Assembly: GCA_033442325.1 (NCBI GenBank)
Contig: JAWQFM010000012.1
Span: forward strand, 1,328,991-1,392,990
Source of the DNA: Salpingoeca rosetta
Lineage: Eukaryota; Protista; Choanoflagellata
Direction of reading: 5' to 3'
Length of the DNA: 64,000 nucleotides
Positions within the stretch are counted from its first letter, which is position 1. Each line of letters starts with the position of its first letter. Shown piece after piece: positions 52,528 to 64,000 of the stretch. Position numbers and translations under genes: made by a program. Under the pieces are notes generated by a model. It was not told the DNA's origin. It saw nothing but the letters and a program-made list of their open reading frames with translations, and searched no databases.

Positions 52528-55500
52528 GGTCGTCCACGGCATGCCTGATGTACTGCAAAAGAAACTCCGTTGCCTGGCCGTGTATGCTCCTTGTACGGTG
52601 CTTGTTTTCCGCACCTCGTTATTTTGCCTGCCGCGTTTTGCCAGTTGCATAAGCTGTGTCAAAATGCAACTGCATTGTACTTGACAATGTCACGGCAGTC
52701 GCAAATTGCGTGCAACTGACGCACAGCTCTCAAGGTTGTGGCGTACCAGCATTCCTGACGAGAATCGAAAGTTGCAGCATGGTATGAACAGCTTTCGTTT
52801 TCATTGGCAACAAGGCACGCACACACCATCACCGTGGCTATTTCACAAACACCGGCAGCACCACCGCCCATGACAACCCACAAGGGGCGAGCTTGACCCA
52901 GCTTTGCATCGACGAGCCCATCAGCGTGCGTCAGTCTGTCTACCTACATGTGTGCGTGTGTGTGTGTAAGTGTGTGCGCGTGTGTGTGTGCTGCTCTGTG
53001 TCTGCCTGTCTGTCTGTCTGTCTGCACGTGTGTCTGCACGTGTGCGTGTGTGTGTGTTGTGTAGCTCTTTATGTGTTTGCTTACCTATCCTTACTCCTGT
53101 TACTCTGTCGTTTTATCTGTGTCTCAGCTCGCCCACCTCCCTGTAGTTGTGTCTGCGCTTGTAACTGTGAGAAGCGTTGATGTCAGTACCCCTGCCAAGT
53201 TTCTTCAATCGTGCCTTTGGCGACATTGTTTTGCTTACCGCCACGCCGTGACGCCTCGGTCAACACATCAGGATGTTGATGGGAGCGGGCTCGCATGCCG
53301 GCTGCTGCAGCTGCAACTCCCCTGATTCGGCTGCCACCGCTGTGCTCATGCAGTGTTCACACATGTGAGCTAGGTGAGCCCACCATGAATGCTTTGGTCG
53401 GCACATGGTGCATGTGTTGGTGCTGTTGCTGCTCTGGGTGTGCTTGGTGTTGCTGCTGCTGTGCCTGGTGCAGCAGTGTAGCTGTGCAGCTCACATGCCA
53501 TGTGTGTGTGTGTGTGTGTGCAAGGGGGGCGACTGCCTGAGGATCGTTGGAGGATGATGGGCGGGTACACACGATAGATTGGGAGGAGAAGCTGTGGACA
53601 CACACGTCCATGGTCATGGTGGGCACATTCAACCACAGCGACGCAGCTATGCGCAGGTGTGTGTGTGTGTGTGTGCGGAGGGGGAAAGCAGAGGAGGGGG
53701 CAGGAAGGTAAACACGCCTGCTGTGCTCACATGCCATGCCTGTACCTTGTGTGTGATGATGTTGTCGTTGTGTCTTGTCGTTGTGTGATGGTTGCATGGG
53801 CACCAGGGCCACATCAGAGGAGGGGGAAGCAACCGCCATGAACGACACATCATCATCATCACCTTCCCCATTTTCCTGTCCTTTTTCGTTCTTCCACCTC
53901 AGCTCAGCTGTCACCACCGCCATCACCACGACCATCGACGGCACAACCGCCATCACACTCCGGCCGACACCAGCCACAATCTGGCGTGAGGCAGACAATG
54001 CACATGTCAGTCGCTCTGATAAAAGAGGTGAGCATGTGTGTGTGTGTGTGCATAGTGGTGGTGAGTGGGGACAACGTGTGTGCGTGTGGATGTGTGTCAA
54101 TGCGGATGGTTGGATGGGGATGGCGTGTGGTTGATGATGCTTCGCTATCAACCTAACCCCTGCATTCTCTCCCATCTTGTGTCTGTGCACACACAATTCA
54201 CAGCGTTGAGGAGGCGCATGAAGCGGTGGAACCAACGACGATGACGATGACGAGTGATGAAGGTGAGAGGGGCGACTGAGATGTGTGTGTGTGTTGGACA
54301 CGTTGTGTTGCCTTCTTTACCTCCCTCTTTCCTTGTCTGTTCTGTCCACTCATGTGTCTTTTCTTCTTCTTCTTCCCCCTTTTTCGATTGATTTGGACAC
54401 AGGACCACGAATCCGTCTTCATCCAACCGACCAAGCAAGCAGCCGAGCGAGCGAGCAAAGGACACGGCGTGGCAAGGGGCCGTTTGTTTTCACCGTTTCC
54501 ACCAGCACCAGCAACAGCAACAGCAGCTGCTGATGTGTGGCTGCATTGTGGATGAACTGGCCCTCCGTCTCTCGTCCATCTCCATCTTCTCCTCGTCATC
54601 GTCATCCTTGGGGTCACCAACAGCAGCGGCTGCGGCCATGGACGTGGAGGTGAGATGAATGGTGGTGGTGGTGGTGTGTGGTGTGCTGGGTGTGAACATC
54701 AGCATGTCGTATGTGTGTGTTTGTGAAGGGTTGGTTGGATGTCGTTGGGTCTGTTGGTGGTGGCAATGGGGTTTGTTGTCGTTGACAGCCTGATTCTGTG
54801 CCAACTCACCTCCTTCTCCACGCGCACACACACAGGGTGTGATGTGCGTCTATGTGCCGTTGCCTCGCATGACGACGCTGCTGGTGGTGGTGAGTGGTTT
54901 GTGGAGGATGTGGACGGCGCACGCACGCGCATGTGCAGTTGTGCTGCTTGTGCTGGTTGTGGTGTGTTGTCTGTGACATGTGCATGCACAGGTGGTGATA
55001 TGGGTGATGTGAATGTGGCAAAAGAGGTGGATGTGGTTTGTTTCTGCCATGCAGGCTCGCTGCGTGGTGTTCTTCTTGCTGATTTTGATTGTTTGTGCTT
55101 GCGCATGTGTACGTGTGTGTGATTTGCACAGGACGGTGGCCGATCTCTTCCCGGGCCCCCATGACACGACCAGGGCGATACACGCACACACACAACTGTG
55201 CGAGAAAAGAAGGCGCAAGGTGAGACGCTGCCGCTGTGTGCGTGTGCGGTGATGGGGTGGTAGTACACATTCACACGCACGTACACGCACGCACACACGC
55301 ACGTACACGCATGTACACATGCACGTGTGCCAACACACCAGAGCAGTCATTGGCTGTGGGGTGGTTGCACTGACGTGTGTCTCACATGAATCAATCTCAC
55401 AACTCAAATGTGTGTGTGTGTGTGCGTGACTGCAGGCGGGCGTGTGTGGGGTTTCCCCAACCGAATCCCTTCCTTCTTTTCCCAACCAATCGCCTTTGCC

Positions 55501-58500
55501 CTGTGTCATCATCATCATCATCATCGTCAGCCTTCCCCATGTGATGTGGAGCTGTTGAGGCGTGATCGAGACAACAGCCAACAGCAGGTATTGCAGCAGT
55601 GGTGGATGTGGTGTGGTGTGCTTGCTTGCTTGATTGTTGGGTGCTTGCTTCGTTGTTCTCGTGTGTAGGTGATGCACCCGCCCACAACATGCTGCATATT
55701 CCCATGCGTGGTCCTTTGTGTCCCTCCTTTCCTGTCCTCACCACCACCGATCGTTGCTTGTCTCTGGTTGGTTTCTTCTTGCCTCACAGGCACGCACGCA
55801 GGGCAAGCTCGCTGCTGCTGGTGGCTGCTGCTGTGATGATGGCCGTGCGTGTGCATGCGCGCTGTGCACCGTGTTTGGGGCTGCACCGATGACGACAAGC
55901 AAGGACACGGCCCGTGCCCACCACTCTTCCCCCTTCATCTCCTCTTTCTGCTCCATCAGCGGTGACGATGGTGGCCGTGGCATGTGGTTGCGCTTCCATT
56001 TTCTGGCTTTCGCTGTAGCACATCGGCTGCCTGCCTGGCTGCATCAAGCACATGTGAGGATGATCGTTGGCGGTTGGTTGGTTAGTTGGTGGGCTGGGTT
56101 GTATGGAGTGGTGGGAAGCAGGGGGGAAGTAACACGGTGATGGTGGTGCAACGTGGGAGTGCGAAGCGAAAGGAGGGAGAGGGAGAGGGAAGTGATAAAA
56201 GGGCGATGATGTTGGTTGGGGGATGGGGGTGCGCTTACACATGCACGTGAAATCGTCTGGTGGTAATATCACATGACAATGACACATATATCAGTGGCTC
56301 ATTCCTTTTGCTTGCACCTGTGATTGTGTGATTGTGATGATGACTGCAGCAGGCAACACACGGCGGTGATGCTGGATTGGATTGGCTGGGGTTGACTGGC
56401 CGTCGTGTCGTGTCGCCCATTTCTCTCCCTCCCTCCGTTGCTCATCTCAACTGGGGACACACACAGCGATGTGTGCTTGTGTGCACGTGTGCGTGTGCGT
56501 CGCCATCAACCACGCCGACAGCAACACGATGCACGAGGTGAGGCACGCAATGCTGTGTGTTTGGTGGAAGGGGGTTGAGGGGAAGTGGGAGGAAGGCGTT
56601 CACCATGGCCATCATCACCACCACGGCTGTGCACCTGGTCATGTGACCGTGCATTTGGGGGGATGGAGATGAGGGAGAGATGTTGCTGTTGTCGTTGCGG
56701 TGGTTGTGGTGGTTGTGGTGGTTGCGTGTGCATGGTGCACCGTCTCATTCTGCAATGCCATGTGTGACTGTGTGTGTGTGTGTGACTGCAGGTGTGCGTG
56801 CGCGTGTGCCAGGCAGATGCGTTGATCGACGACGACGAGGTGTGTGTGGTTGACCTTTGTGTGCTTGTGCCATCACAACTACGCACAACCAACCACGTCA
56901 TCATCATTGCACCCCATGTGTTGTTATTGTCCACTCATGCATGGCATGCTCACATCCACCGCCCTCCCCTTGCTTCTTCCTCTCCTGCTGCTGCCACCCC
57001 TTCCACTGTTTCCCTCCAACTCTCTTTACACACACACACAGAGGAACCCATCCACATCCAACACCCATGCCCACATCCACGCGTGCCATGCCATGGCGAG
57101 CTGTGCCACCTCAACCAACCCAACTCATCCCAGGCCAAGGAAGAGGAAGGAGGAGGGAAGCAAGGACAGAAGACGTGGGGCTCCCAACGGATGTGTGTGT
57201 GCGTGTGTGTTGATGGACGGTGTTCTCCTTCCCCTCTCCATCGCCTCGCCTCGCCTCTTTCTTCCATGGCGATCTGGCTGGATGGCTGCTGCCTTGTTTG
57301 TTTTCTCTTCCAGCCCTTTGTGTGGCTGTTGGTTGTCTGTTGTGATTGTGAGAAGGAGGAGGAAGCGAAGAAGAGAGAAGAGAGGAGAGGGAGGGTGTGT
57401 GTGTGTGTTTGTTTCTTCTTCTTTTCCATCCCCCTTTCTTCTCCCCTTCTTCTCCTCAGCCTGCAAGGCCTGTGAGCCTGCGTTGCATTCACACACACAG
57501 TGCTGTTCCCCCTTCTTCTCCTTCTCCTTCTTCTTGTCTCATTGAAACCAACCAACCAACCAACCAGCAAAGCAAGCAAGTCCGCCCTTCCATAAGCAAA
57601 CGCAGAAAGCAAGCAGCAGTTGCCGCACAAACGCAGCGGTGGGCGATTATTTGTCGCACCTTCCACAAATTACCGTCCCAAGCACCATCACGACACCTGA
57701 CAACGCAAACAACAAGCAGCAGGCGAACGCGAACCAAGGTGCGTGTGTGCGTGTGTGTGTTTGAGGCTTGCGTTGTTCGTGTGCGTGGCTGGCGCAAGGT
57801 TGGTGGAGAGAAGGGAGAGGGTGCGCGTTGTTACGGGCACTCACTGGCGGTTCTGTTGTGGGTGGTCTCGTTTGGTTCCGTGGACTGTGTGGGGTGTGGT
57901 GGGTGATGGTGTGATGGTGCATAGGTGCCAGCAGAGAACACGCACAGCACCGCGCACACCATGGATGTGTGCAGGGCCAAAGGCATGCAAGGTGTTGCCC
58001 ACGGTCAGTGAGGCTGACATATGTGCTGCACAGGTCCATGGCACGCTGGCACCGTGAGTTTGGGGGAGTTCTGTCGATTGGATTGACCGCTGTGTTGGTG
58101 CGTGTGGGTTGTGTGTGAAGCAGGGAGAGGTGGGACGTGGCTGCGTTGGGTGTTGTGATCTCACACGCACTCCCTGCTGCTGTGGATGCATTTGGCTCAC
58201 ACGCATACAGAGAAGGATAATGGGTTGCATCGACTCACACACACACAGACGCACACGCTGGCAGGCAGTCTGATGCCACCTCACGGTGCGTTGCACTTGC
58301 ATGTGTACATGACTGTGACTGTGTGCATGTCGTTCATGCTGTGTCTGCTTGTGATTCACACTGTGTGTGTGTGTGGTGGTTGCTTGCTTCCCTCTGTCTT
58401 ACACACCTGTGTGTGTATGGATGGTGACACGCACAGACAGACAGACAGTGAGTGGGTGTGCAGACACACATGCCCACACAGGCCAGGCAGGCAAGGCAGG

Positions 58501-59771
58501 GCACTCTTCTTTTTCTCTCTCTGCTGCCACCACCACCGCTGCTGCATGGATGGATTAGCGGATGCAAGGCGTGTTGAATGATGCTGGCTGGCTGATGTCC
58601 TTCCCTTGGTGCGTGTGTGTGTGTGTGTGTTGCAGCACTGCTGCTGTTGTTTCCCCTTGTTCGTGTCTGTTGTGTTTGTTGTGCGTTGCTGCTTCTCTGT
58701 GCTTGTGTGTGTGTGTGTGTGTCTGTTCACCACAGCCACGTCGTGTGCTCCCATCACCATCGTCTGTGCTCACGCACCTCCCCATCTCTCCCCTGCTTCT
58801 TCTTCTGCTCCCTTCCCTCTTCGTCATCCCCTCACACGCACATGCACACACACACACATGGACTCATGGATGCTTGTGCAGGCTGTGTGTTGGAACACAT
58901 GGCAAAGCACACACAACCAAGCAAGCACACGAGCAAGAATGGACACAGGACAAGCAAGCAAGACGTGGGGCTGCCATAGACCACGCACCTCGTTGGAGAA
59001 GGAGGGGAGCGTGAGCGGGTGATGTTGCATTGTGTATGTGTGTTGTGTTGTTGTTGTTGTTGTTGACAGTGTGCACGTCTCTCTCCTTGTGTCCTTCTGC
59101 CTTCCTCCCTTTCCCTTTCCCTTTCTCTCTCTCTGTTCTCTCTTGCCACAGCATGCACACTGCTGTTGCTGTTGTTGTTGGCTGCTGGTGGTGGTGGATG
59201 TGAACTGGGCTGATGGTGAAAAAGGTTGATGGGTTTATTATGTGCTGGAACACATGCAGCATGAAACATGGACGAGGCAGGAAAGATAAGGAAAGCAAAG
59301 GGAAGGTGGAAGGTAGGGAAAGAAGTGGCGGCACAAAGTAGTGAATAGAGACAACGGAAGGCATGCGAGCGCATGGAAACAACAACAGTGGTGGTGACAA
59401 GAATTGAAACAAGACAGGAGGGGTGGTGGAGCGCAGGTGAAATAGACAAACACGGCTTGTGATAACAAGGTGGTGAAAGAAAAGGACGAAGGGATGCACG
59501 ATCGCACACGGTGGGTTGTATGTGTTCCTGTGTTCTGTGAAGGATGCGTGATGTTGTGCGGAGGGGTGCTGTTTGGTGGTGAGTGGATGGAAGAGAGGAA
59601 GAGACAAGGGTGAACGAAGCATGTGGCGACAAGTGCAAAGCAACAATGCAACACATGGAATGTGGAAAGGCAAAGGGAAGAGAGGAGGAAGCGAGCGAGT
59701 GAAGGGTGAGACAAAGGCACAAAGCGGCATATGCACAGATGTGTGTGTGTGTGTTTTGTGTTGTGATTGTG

Positions 59772-59984
59772 GCGGGAGAGACAAGTGGCAGCAGACAAAC
59801 AAGTCTTATAGTCACAGGCGTCGAGAAAGTAATGAACAGGGACAAGGGAAGACGAAGGGACGCAACAGTCTGCTTCTGTGCGTGGTTGTGTATGAACGAG
59901 TGCGGGAGAGACAAGTGGCAGCAGACAAACAAGCCTTATAGTCACAGGCGGCGAGAAAGTAATGAACATGGATAAGGGAAGACG
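59772..59984 (+). repeat. Local direct duplication (~80 bp, period 130)
   Basis: GCGGGAGAGACAAGTGGCAGCAGACAAACAAG.. at 59772 and 59902. Confidence 0.8.
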
Positions 59985-60856
59985 GATGCAAGGATGTGTG
60001 TATGTGCATTCATGCGTTTATGCTCCTGTGGGCATTGCTGCTGACAAGGTCACAGACCTGTGTGTGATCGGCGGGGTGGGTTGATAAGAGTGAGTGTGAA
60101 GGTGGGTGGTGATAGTGTGGACGACACAACAACGGCAACAACAGACGCACATCACAACCCACCACCATCACCACCACAAACAACCACCGCCATCCACAAC
60201 CACCACCACCACCATCACCATCATCCACAACAAGCCATCACCACCACCACCATCTCCATCACGATCACAACTCACCATCGTCGTCGTCGTTGCTCCAGAA
60301 ATGATAATTTTTCGGCCCTGAAAAATCGAGGCACCGAACGTCAGTGTCCCGACCACGTGCAGGTGATCGCGCCAAAAGGTGGGCGGCTGCTTCACTGCTG
60401 CTCTGCTTCTTGTGCGCTTGTTCCTTACTGTTTGCCTGCTCACTGCCTCATGGCGCGTGCCACCTGCTTGTCATATTGACTGGCAGGTCGCAGGACCTAG
60501 CTGTAGGACGTGATCCTATGTAAACTCCGGGCATCGCTCCATTCGGAAGGACCATCTGTTTTGCCCTCCCTGCATGCCTGTTGTCGCTTCTTACATGCTT
60601 GCAAGCACCTGCACGCCCTCTTCCTGCCCGCTATGCACCCTGCATGCCTCCACAGCATGCCCCTGTGTGAATTTCTGCTACTTGGTCGACCTGCAATGTT
60701 CTCTAATCGCCCCCACATGCCTTTCTTGGCCCCAGACCTCTGCTGTAGTCCAAATTAAACGCTCCTACACCCCATTTTCCCGTTCATATCGACATCCAGC
60801 ACACCCACAAGCACCCGCAAGTACTTCTAGCGGCACACAGCCACACGCTCTGCACA

Positions 60857-61699
60857 ATGGACGTCCAGGAAAACATCTTCCAGCAGCTGCAGCTACTGCA
60901 GCCACCACAGCCAGCACAGCCAGCACAGCCACCACAGCCGCCACAGCCGCCACAGCACGCCCAGCCGCCGCCTGTCCCTGAGCCACACCGGCTTGTTGCA
61001 GCGGTCTCCACCATCATCCCAGCGCCGTTCATCGGCCCTGTCCCCGACATTGCCGCCATGATGCACAAGTACCGTCTTCCTGATGATGCCCGCCCTCACA
61101 TCGACCCCGTGGCGGACCGTCACGAGGTGGGCGAGCTCTCCAGCCACGGGGCCGGAACATGGACCCCGCTGCGGACCGTTCCAGAGGACTCCTTCAACAT
61201 CGTCGAGGGCTGGCAGCGCACGCTGATCCTGAACCTTGGACTGTGTGCGCAAATTCGCGAGGACTTCTTCACAAGTGCAGGCCGCTACCTCTACAGCATC
61301 ACCCACATCGTCAGGCGCACCCCCGATGGCCATCCCATGCGTGGAATGGGGTCTGGCCAGTGCCAGTTCCGTCGCCTGCACCGAACCTCACACATCAACC
61401 GAGGCCTCTACGAGCGCGAGCTGCGCAGCGTTGATCGTCGCCCCAACTACCACGCCTCTCACCTCTGCCACCGCGGTGTCGACAACCCCCTCATCTTTGT
61501 TTGCCCTCGCACTAACAAGCAGTTTGAGCTGCCATGCATCAACCCCGCACACCACGTGCTGGAACCAGGCCACTACAACTCGTCCCGCATCGGCTGCCCC
61601 GGCCCTCTGCTTGGATGCGAACACATCCCGCCATGTCTGAGACATGCCAACCCACCAGACACGGTATCATTTTACCGTGCGTACGAGTTTGACGTGTGA
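60857..61699 (+). CDS. His-Cys box (I-PpoI-like, His-Me finger) endonuclease, intronless, free-standing
   Basis: ASHLCH ... CINPAH..LE...N..R..CPGPLLGCEHIPPCLR follows I-PpoI (ASHLCH..CHNPLH..WE...N..R..CPGPNGGCVHAVVCLR) with identical C-x6-C-x-H-x3-C spacing. Confidence 0.85.
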   Translation: MDVQENIFQQLQLLQPPQPAQPAQPPQPPQPPQHAQPPPVPEPHRLVAAVSTIIPAPFIGPVPDIAAMMHKYRLPDDARPHIDPVADRHEVGELSSHGAGTWTPLRTVPEDSFNIVEGWQRTLILNLGLCAQIREDFFTSAGRYLYSITHIVRRTPDGHPMRGMGSGQCQFRRLHRTSHINRGLYERELRSVDRRPNYHASHLCHRGVDNPLIFVCPRTNKQFELPCINPAHHVLEPGHYNSSRIGCPGPLLGCEHIPPCLRHANPPDTVSFYRAYEFDV

Positions 61700-61705
61700 T
61701 ACTCC

Positions 61706-61818
61706 CCACCACCACCATCACCACCACCCCCACCATCACCACCACCACCATCACCACCACCACCACCATCACCACCATCACCACCATCACCTCCATCACC
61801 TCCATCACCTCCATCACC
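61706..61818 (+). repeat. (ACC/ATC)n trinucleotide repeat 3' of the nuclease ORF
   Basis: Direct inspection. Confidence 0.85.
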
Positions 61819-62172
61819 TGCTTCGGTTCCACCACTGAGTTGGTTTTTTTTTCTGATGCGATTTTTTGCGCCTGTTTTGCCTGTGTCTCTGCCTGGTTTT
61901 CCCTTGTGTCTACACTGTCAGCAACGATGGCAGTTCGGCCAAATTTTTGGCAGTTTTTGTCCTTGTGCTTAACTCCATAGAACTCTCGCTCCCTGCTTGT
62001 TCCCCTCTGTCAACTCCCATGGCGTGCGCATATTGGGTGGTGTGTTTACTCGTTCCTCTTGAATACACACAAGATCAAGTGAAGCATGACAGGCAGCCAC
62101 AAGGGATAGAGGGAAGGAAAACGAGTGGAAATGACATGGCAACACATGGCAAGAACAGGCACACACTCAGCA

Positions 62173-62621
62173 TCACAGCAGCTCCCTCTGGCTGCCCTCC
62201 TGGTTCTCTTCTTCTTCGTCATCCGCAGCACCATCGTCGCCATCATTCGCAGCTTCCTCGCCTGCTTCCTGTGCGCCATCTCCTCCACCATCGCTGTTGT
62301 TGTCGGCTACTACGTCCGGAGATGCAGGCGCTGTTGGTGCGAAGGGTTGCGTCGGGATTCCCAGCTCCTGGTATATGTGATCGCCGATATGTTGCCTGCA
62401 GAGATGAATGTTGGCATTGCACTTACAGTAGTACGATGTCCGCCGTCCACACACCTTGCAACTACCTTGTCGCCGCGCCTGACCTCTATCTTCACCCACC
62501 CCGTGCCTTCAACCCACTTGACGTAGCCAGGGATGGGAAGCAGTTCGTGCGGGCACTTGCTGCGTGCCTCGACGGACAACACAACCCGAGTCCCAATCCT
62601 TGCGTCTTCGATGCTCGTCAT
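62173..62621 (-). pseudogene. Frameshifted Cys-rich ORF resembling a piggyBac-type transposase C-terminal domain, with acidic tail
   Basis: One frame reads HELLPIPGYVKW..GWVK; a shifted frame continues RQGSCKVCGRRTSYYCKCNANIHLCRQHIGDH. No DDD catalytic region is visible. Confidence 0.45.
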
Positions 62622-62711
62622 CCTTCTTCGTCAGGAATTTGAACTGCGTTTCGAATTTCCCGCGGAACGTGCACCTTGCCCAAGGATGCAAAATTGCAAG
62701 AAATAAGCAGC

Positions 62712-63514
62712 TGCTCAAATGAGTGGCTCAAATGAGTGGCTGCTCAAATGAGTGGCTGCTCAAATGAGCAGATGCTCAAATGAGTGGCTGCTCAAATGAG
62801 TGGCTGCTCAAATGAGTGGCTGCTCAAATGAGTGCCCGCTCAAAGGAGTGGCTGCTCAAATGAGTGGCTGCTCAAATGAGTGGCTGCTCAAATGAGCAAA
62901 TGCTCAAATGAGTGCCTGCTCAAATGAGTGCCTGCTCAAATGAGCAGATGCTCAAATGAGTGGCTGCTCAAATGAGCAAATGCAAAAATGAGTACCTGCT
63001 CAAATGAGTGGATGCTCAAATGAGTGCCTGCTCAAATGAGCAGATGCTCAAATGAGCAGATGCTCAAATGAGCAAAATTGCATAAAGTAATCAAATGCTC
63101 AAATGAGCAGATGCTCAAATGAGTGGCTGCTCAAATGAGTGGCTGCTCAAATGAGTGGCTGCTCAAATGAGTGGCTGCTCAAATGAGTGGCTGCTCAAAT
63201 GAGTGCCTGCTCAAATGAGCAAACGCTCAAATGAGTGGCTGCTCAAATGAGTGGCTGCTCAAATGAGTGGCTGCTCAAATGAGTGCGTGCTCAAATGAGC
63301 AAACGCTCAAATGAGTGCCTGCTCAAATGAGCAGATGCTCAAATGAGCAGATGCTCAAATGAGTGCCTTCTCAAATGAGCAAACGCTCAAATGAGCAGAT
63401 GCTCAAATGAGTAAATACGTCAAAATATCCTGCTGCTCAAATGAGCAAGATTGCACAAAATAATCCACTGCTCAAATGAGCAAACGCTCAAAATACCCCC
63501 CTGCTCAAATGAGC
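62712..63514 (+). repeat. Tandem array of 16-bp units with palindromic core (T)GCTCA-AA-TGAG(C/T), about 45 copies
   Basis: Almost invariant GCTCAAATGAG plus a variable 5-nt linker (TGGCT, CAGAT, TGCCT, CAAAC); period 16, e.g. 63129, 63145, 63161, 63177. Confidence 0.95.
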
Positions 63515-63801
63515 CAGGGCTACATCAATTAAGCTCTCTTCTCATACACCGCTACACAACAACCTCCACCAATTCACTATAGAAACACCTGACCCACACA
63601 CTCCCACACCCATTCCCCGACAGCACTTCATACACACACATTCACACTACACCAACCCTGCAAAAGACCCTCTTTGCCTCACATGAAAAAAGAAAAAAAA
63701 ACATCCCCCCTTATTGAAAATGAGAACGCTGGCATGCCCCCTTGTTTCAAATGAGGGTGCCAGCATTCCCCCGTACCGCTACCGCAACGCCAACATATCC
63801 T

Positions 63802-64000
63802 CACATAAGCCGTCAATTCCCACATGAGCCGTCAATTCCCACATGAGCCGTTCCCCACCGTGTATGCGATGTGTGTAATGACATGAGCCGTCAATTTCCA
63901 CAGTGTATGGTAGCAATACAATAACACCCACCCCTCCACGGATCCCACTATCAAAAAGAAACAACAGCATCTTCACAGTGTATGGTAGCAATACAATAAC
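63802..64000 (+). repeat. Short direct repeats: 19-bp CACATGAGCCGTCAATTCC units and a 27-bp CACAGTGTATGGTAGCAATACAATAAC repeat
   Basis: 3-4 copies of the 19-mer at 63802-63900; the 27-mer at ~63899 and ~63974, running off the window. Confidence 0.8.

Noticed and set aside
51582-52652. Repeated 65-127 aa ORFs in the 384-bp unit
   Set aside because: No recognisable motif; these are by-products of the tandem repeat.
62712-63514. CRISPR-like array
   Set aside because: Linkers are only 5 nt and recur, there are no cas genes, and the context is eukaryotic.
60300-63535. piggyBac TIRs and TTAA target duplication around the nuclease module
   Set aside because: Only a weak GCCCTG/CAGGGC match (~60315, ~63515) and no flanking TTAA pair.

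Overview
Eukaryotic, intron-rich sequence with GT/CA microsatellites in most introns, polyQ tracts and TTAGGG telomeric repeats. It resembles a choanoflagellate such as Salpingoeca rosetta; this is an inference from style and gene content, not a database match. Positions 1-42.4 kb are ordinary gene space: an uncharacterised multi-exon gene, a single-TM probably mitochondrial protein, a ubiquitin-specific protease with an unusual MYND-USP-A20-SEC-C architecture, an intronless F-box/LRR-like gene, an intron-containing tRNA-Tyr, a GH43 glycosidase, an IQCC-like gene and a ~60-exon IP3 receptor. Positions 43.5-50.3 kb hold nested Ty1/copia and Ty3/gypsy retrotransposon pieces. After these come a Josephin-like fragment, a (CCCTAA)n tract joined to a 384-bp satellite, ~8 kb of low-complexity DNA, and a compact module. 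That module is a free-standing I-PpoI-like His-Cys box nuclease, a convergent piggyBac-type Cys-rich remnant and an array of 16-bp palindromic repeats; it is the most novel-looking part. Six N-gaps limit certainty, and exon boundaries were read by eye.
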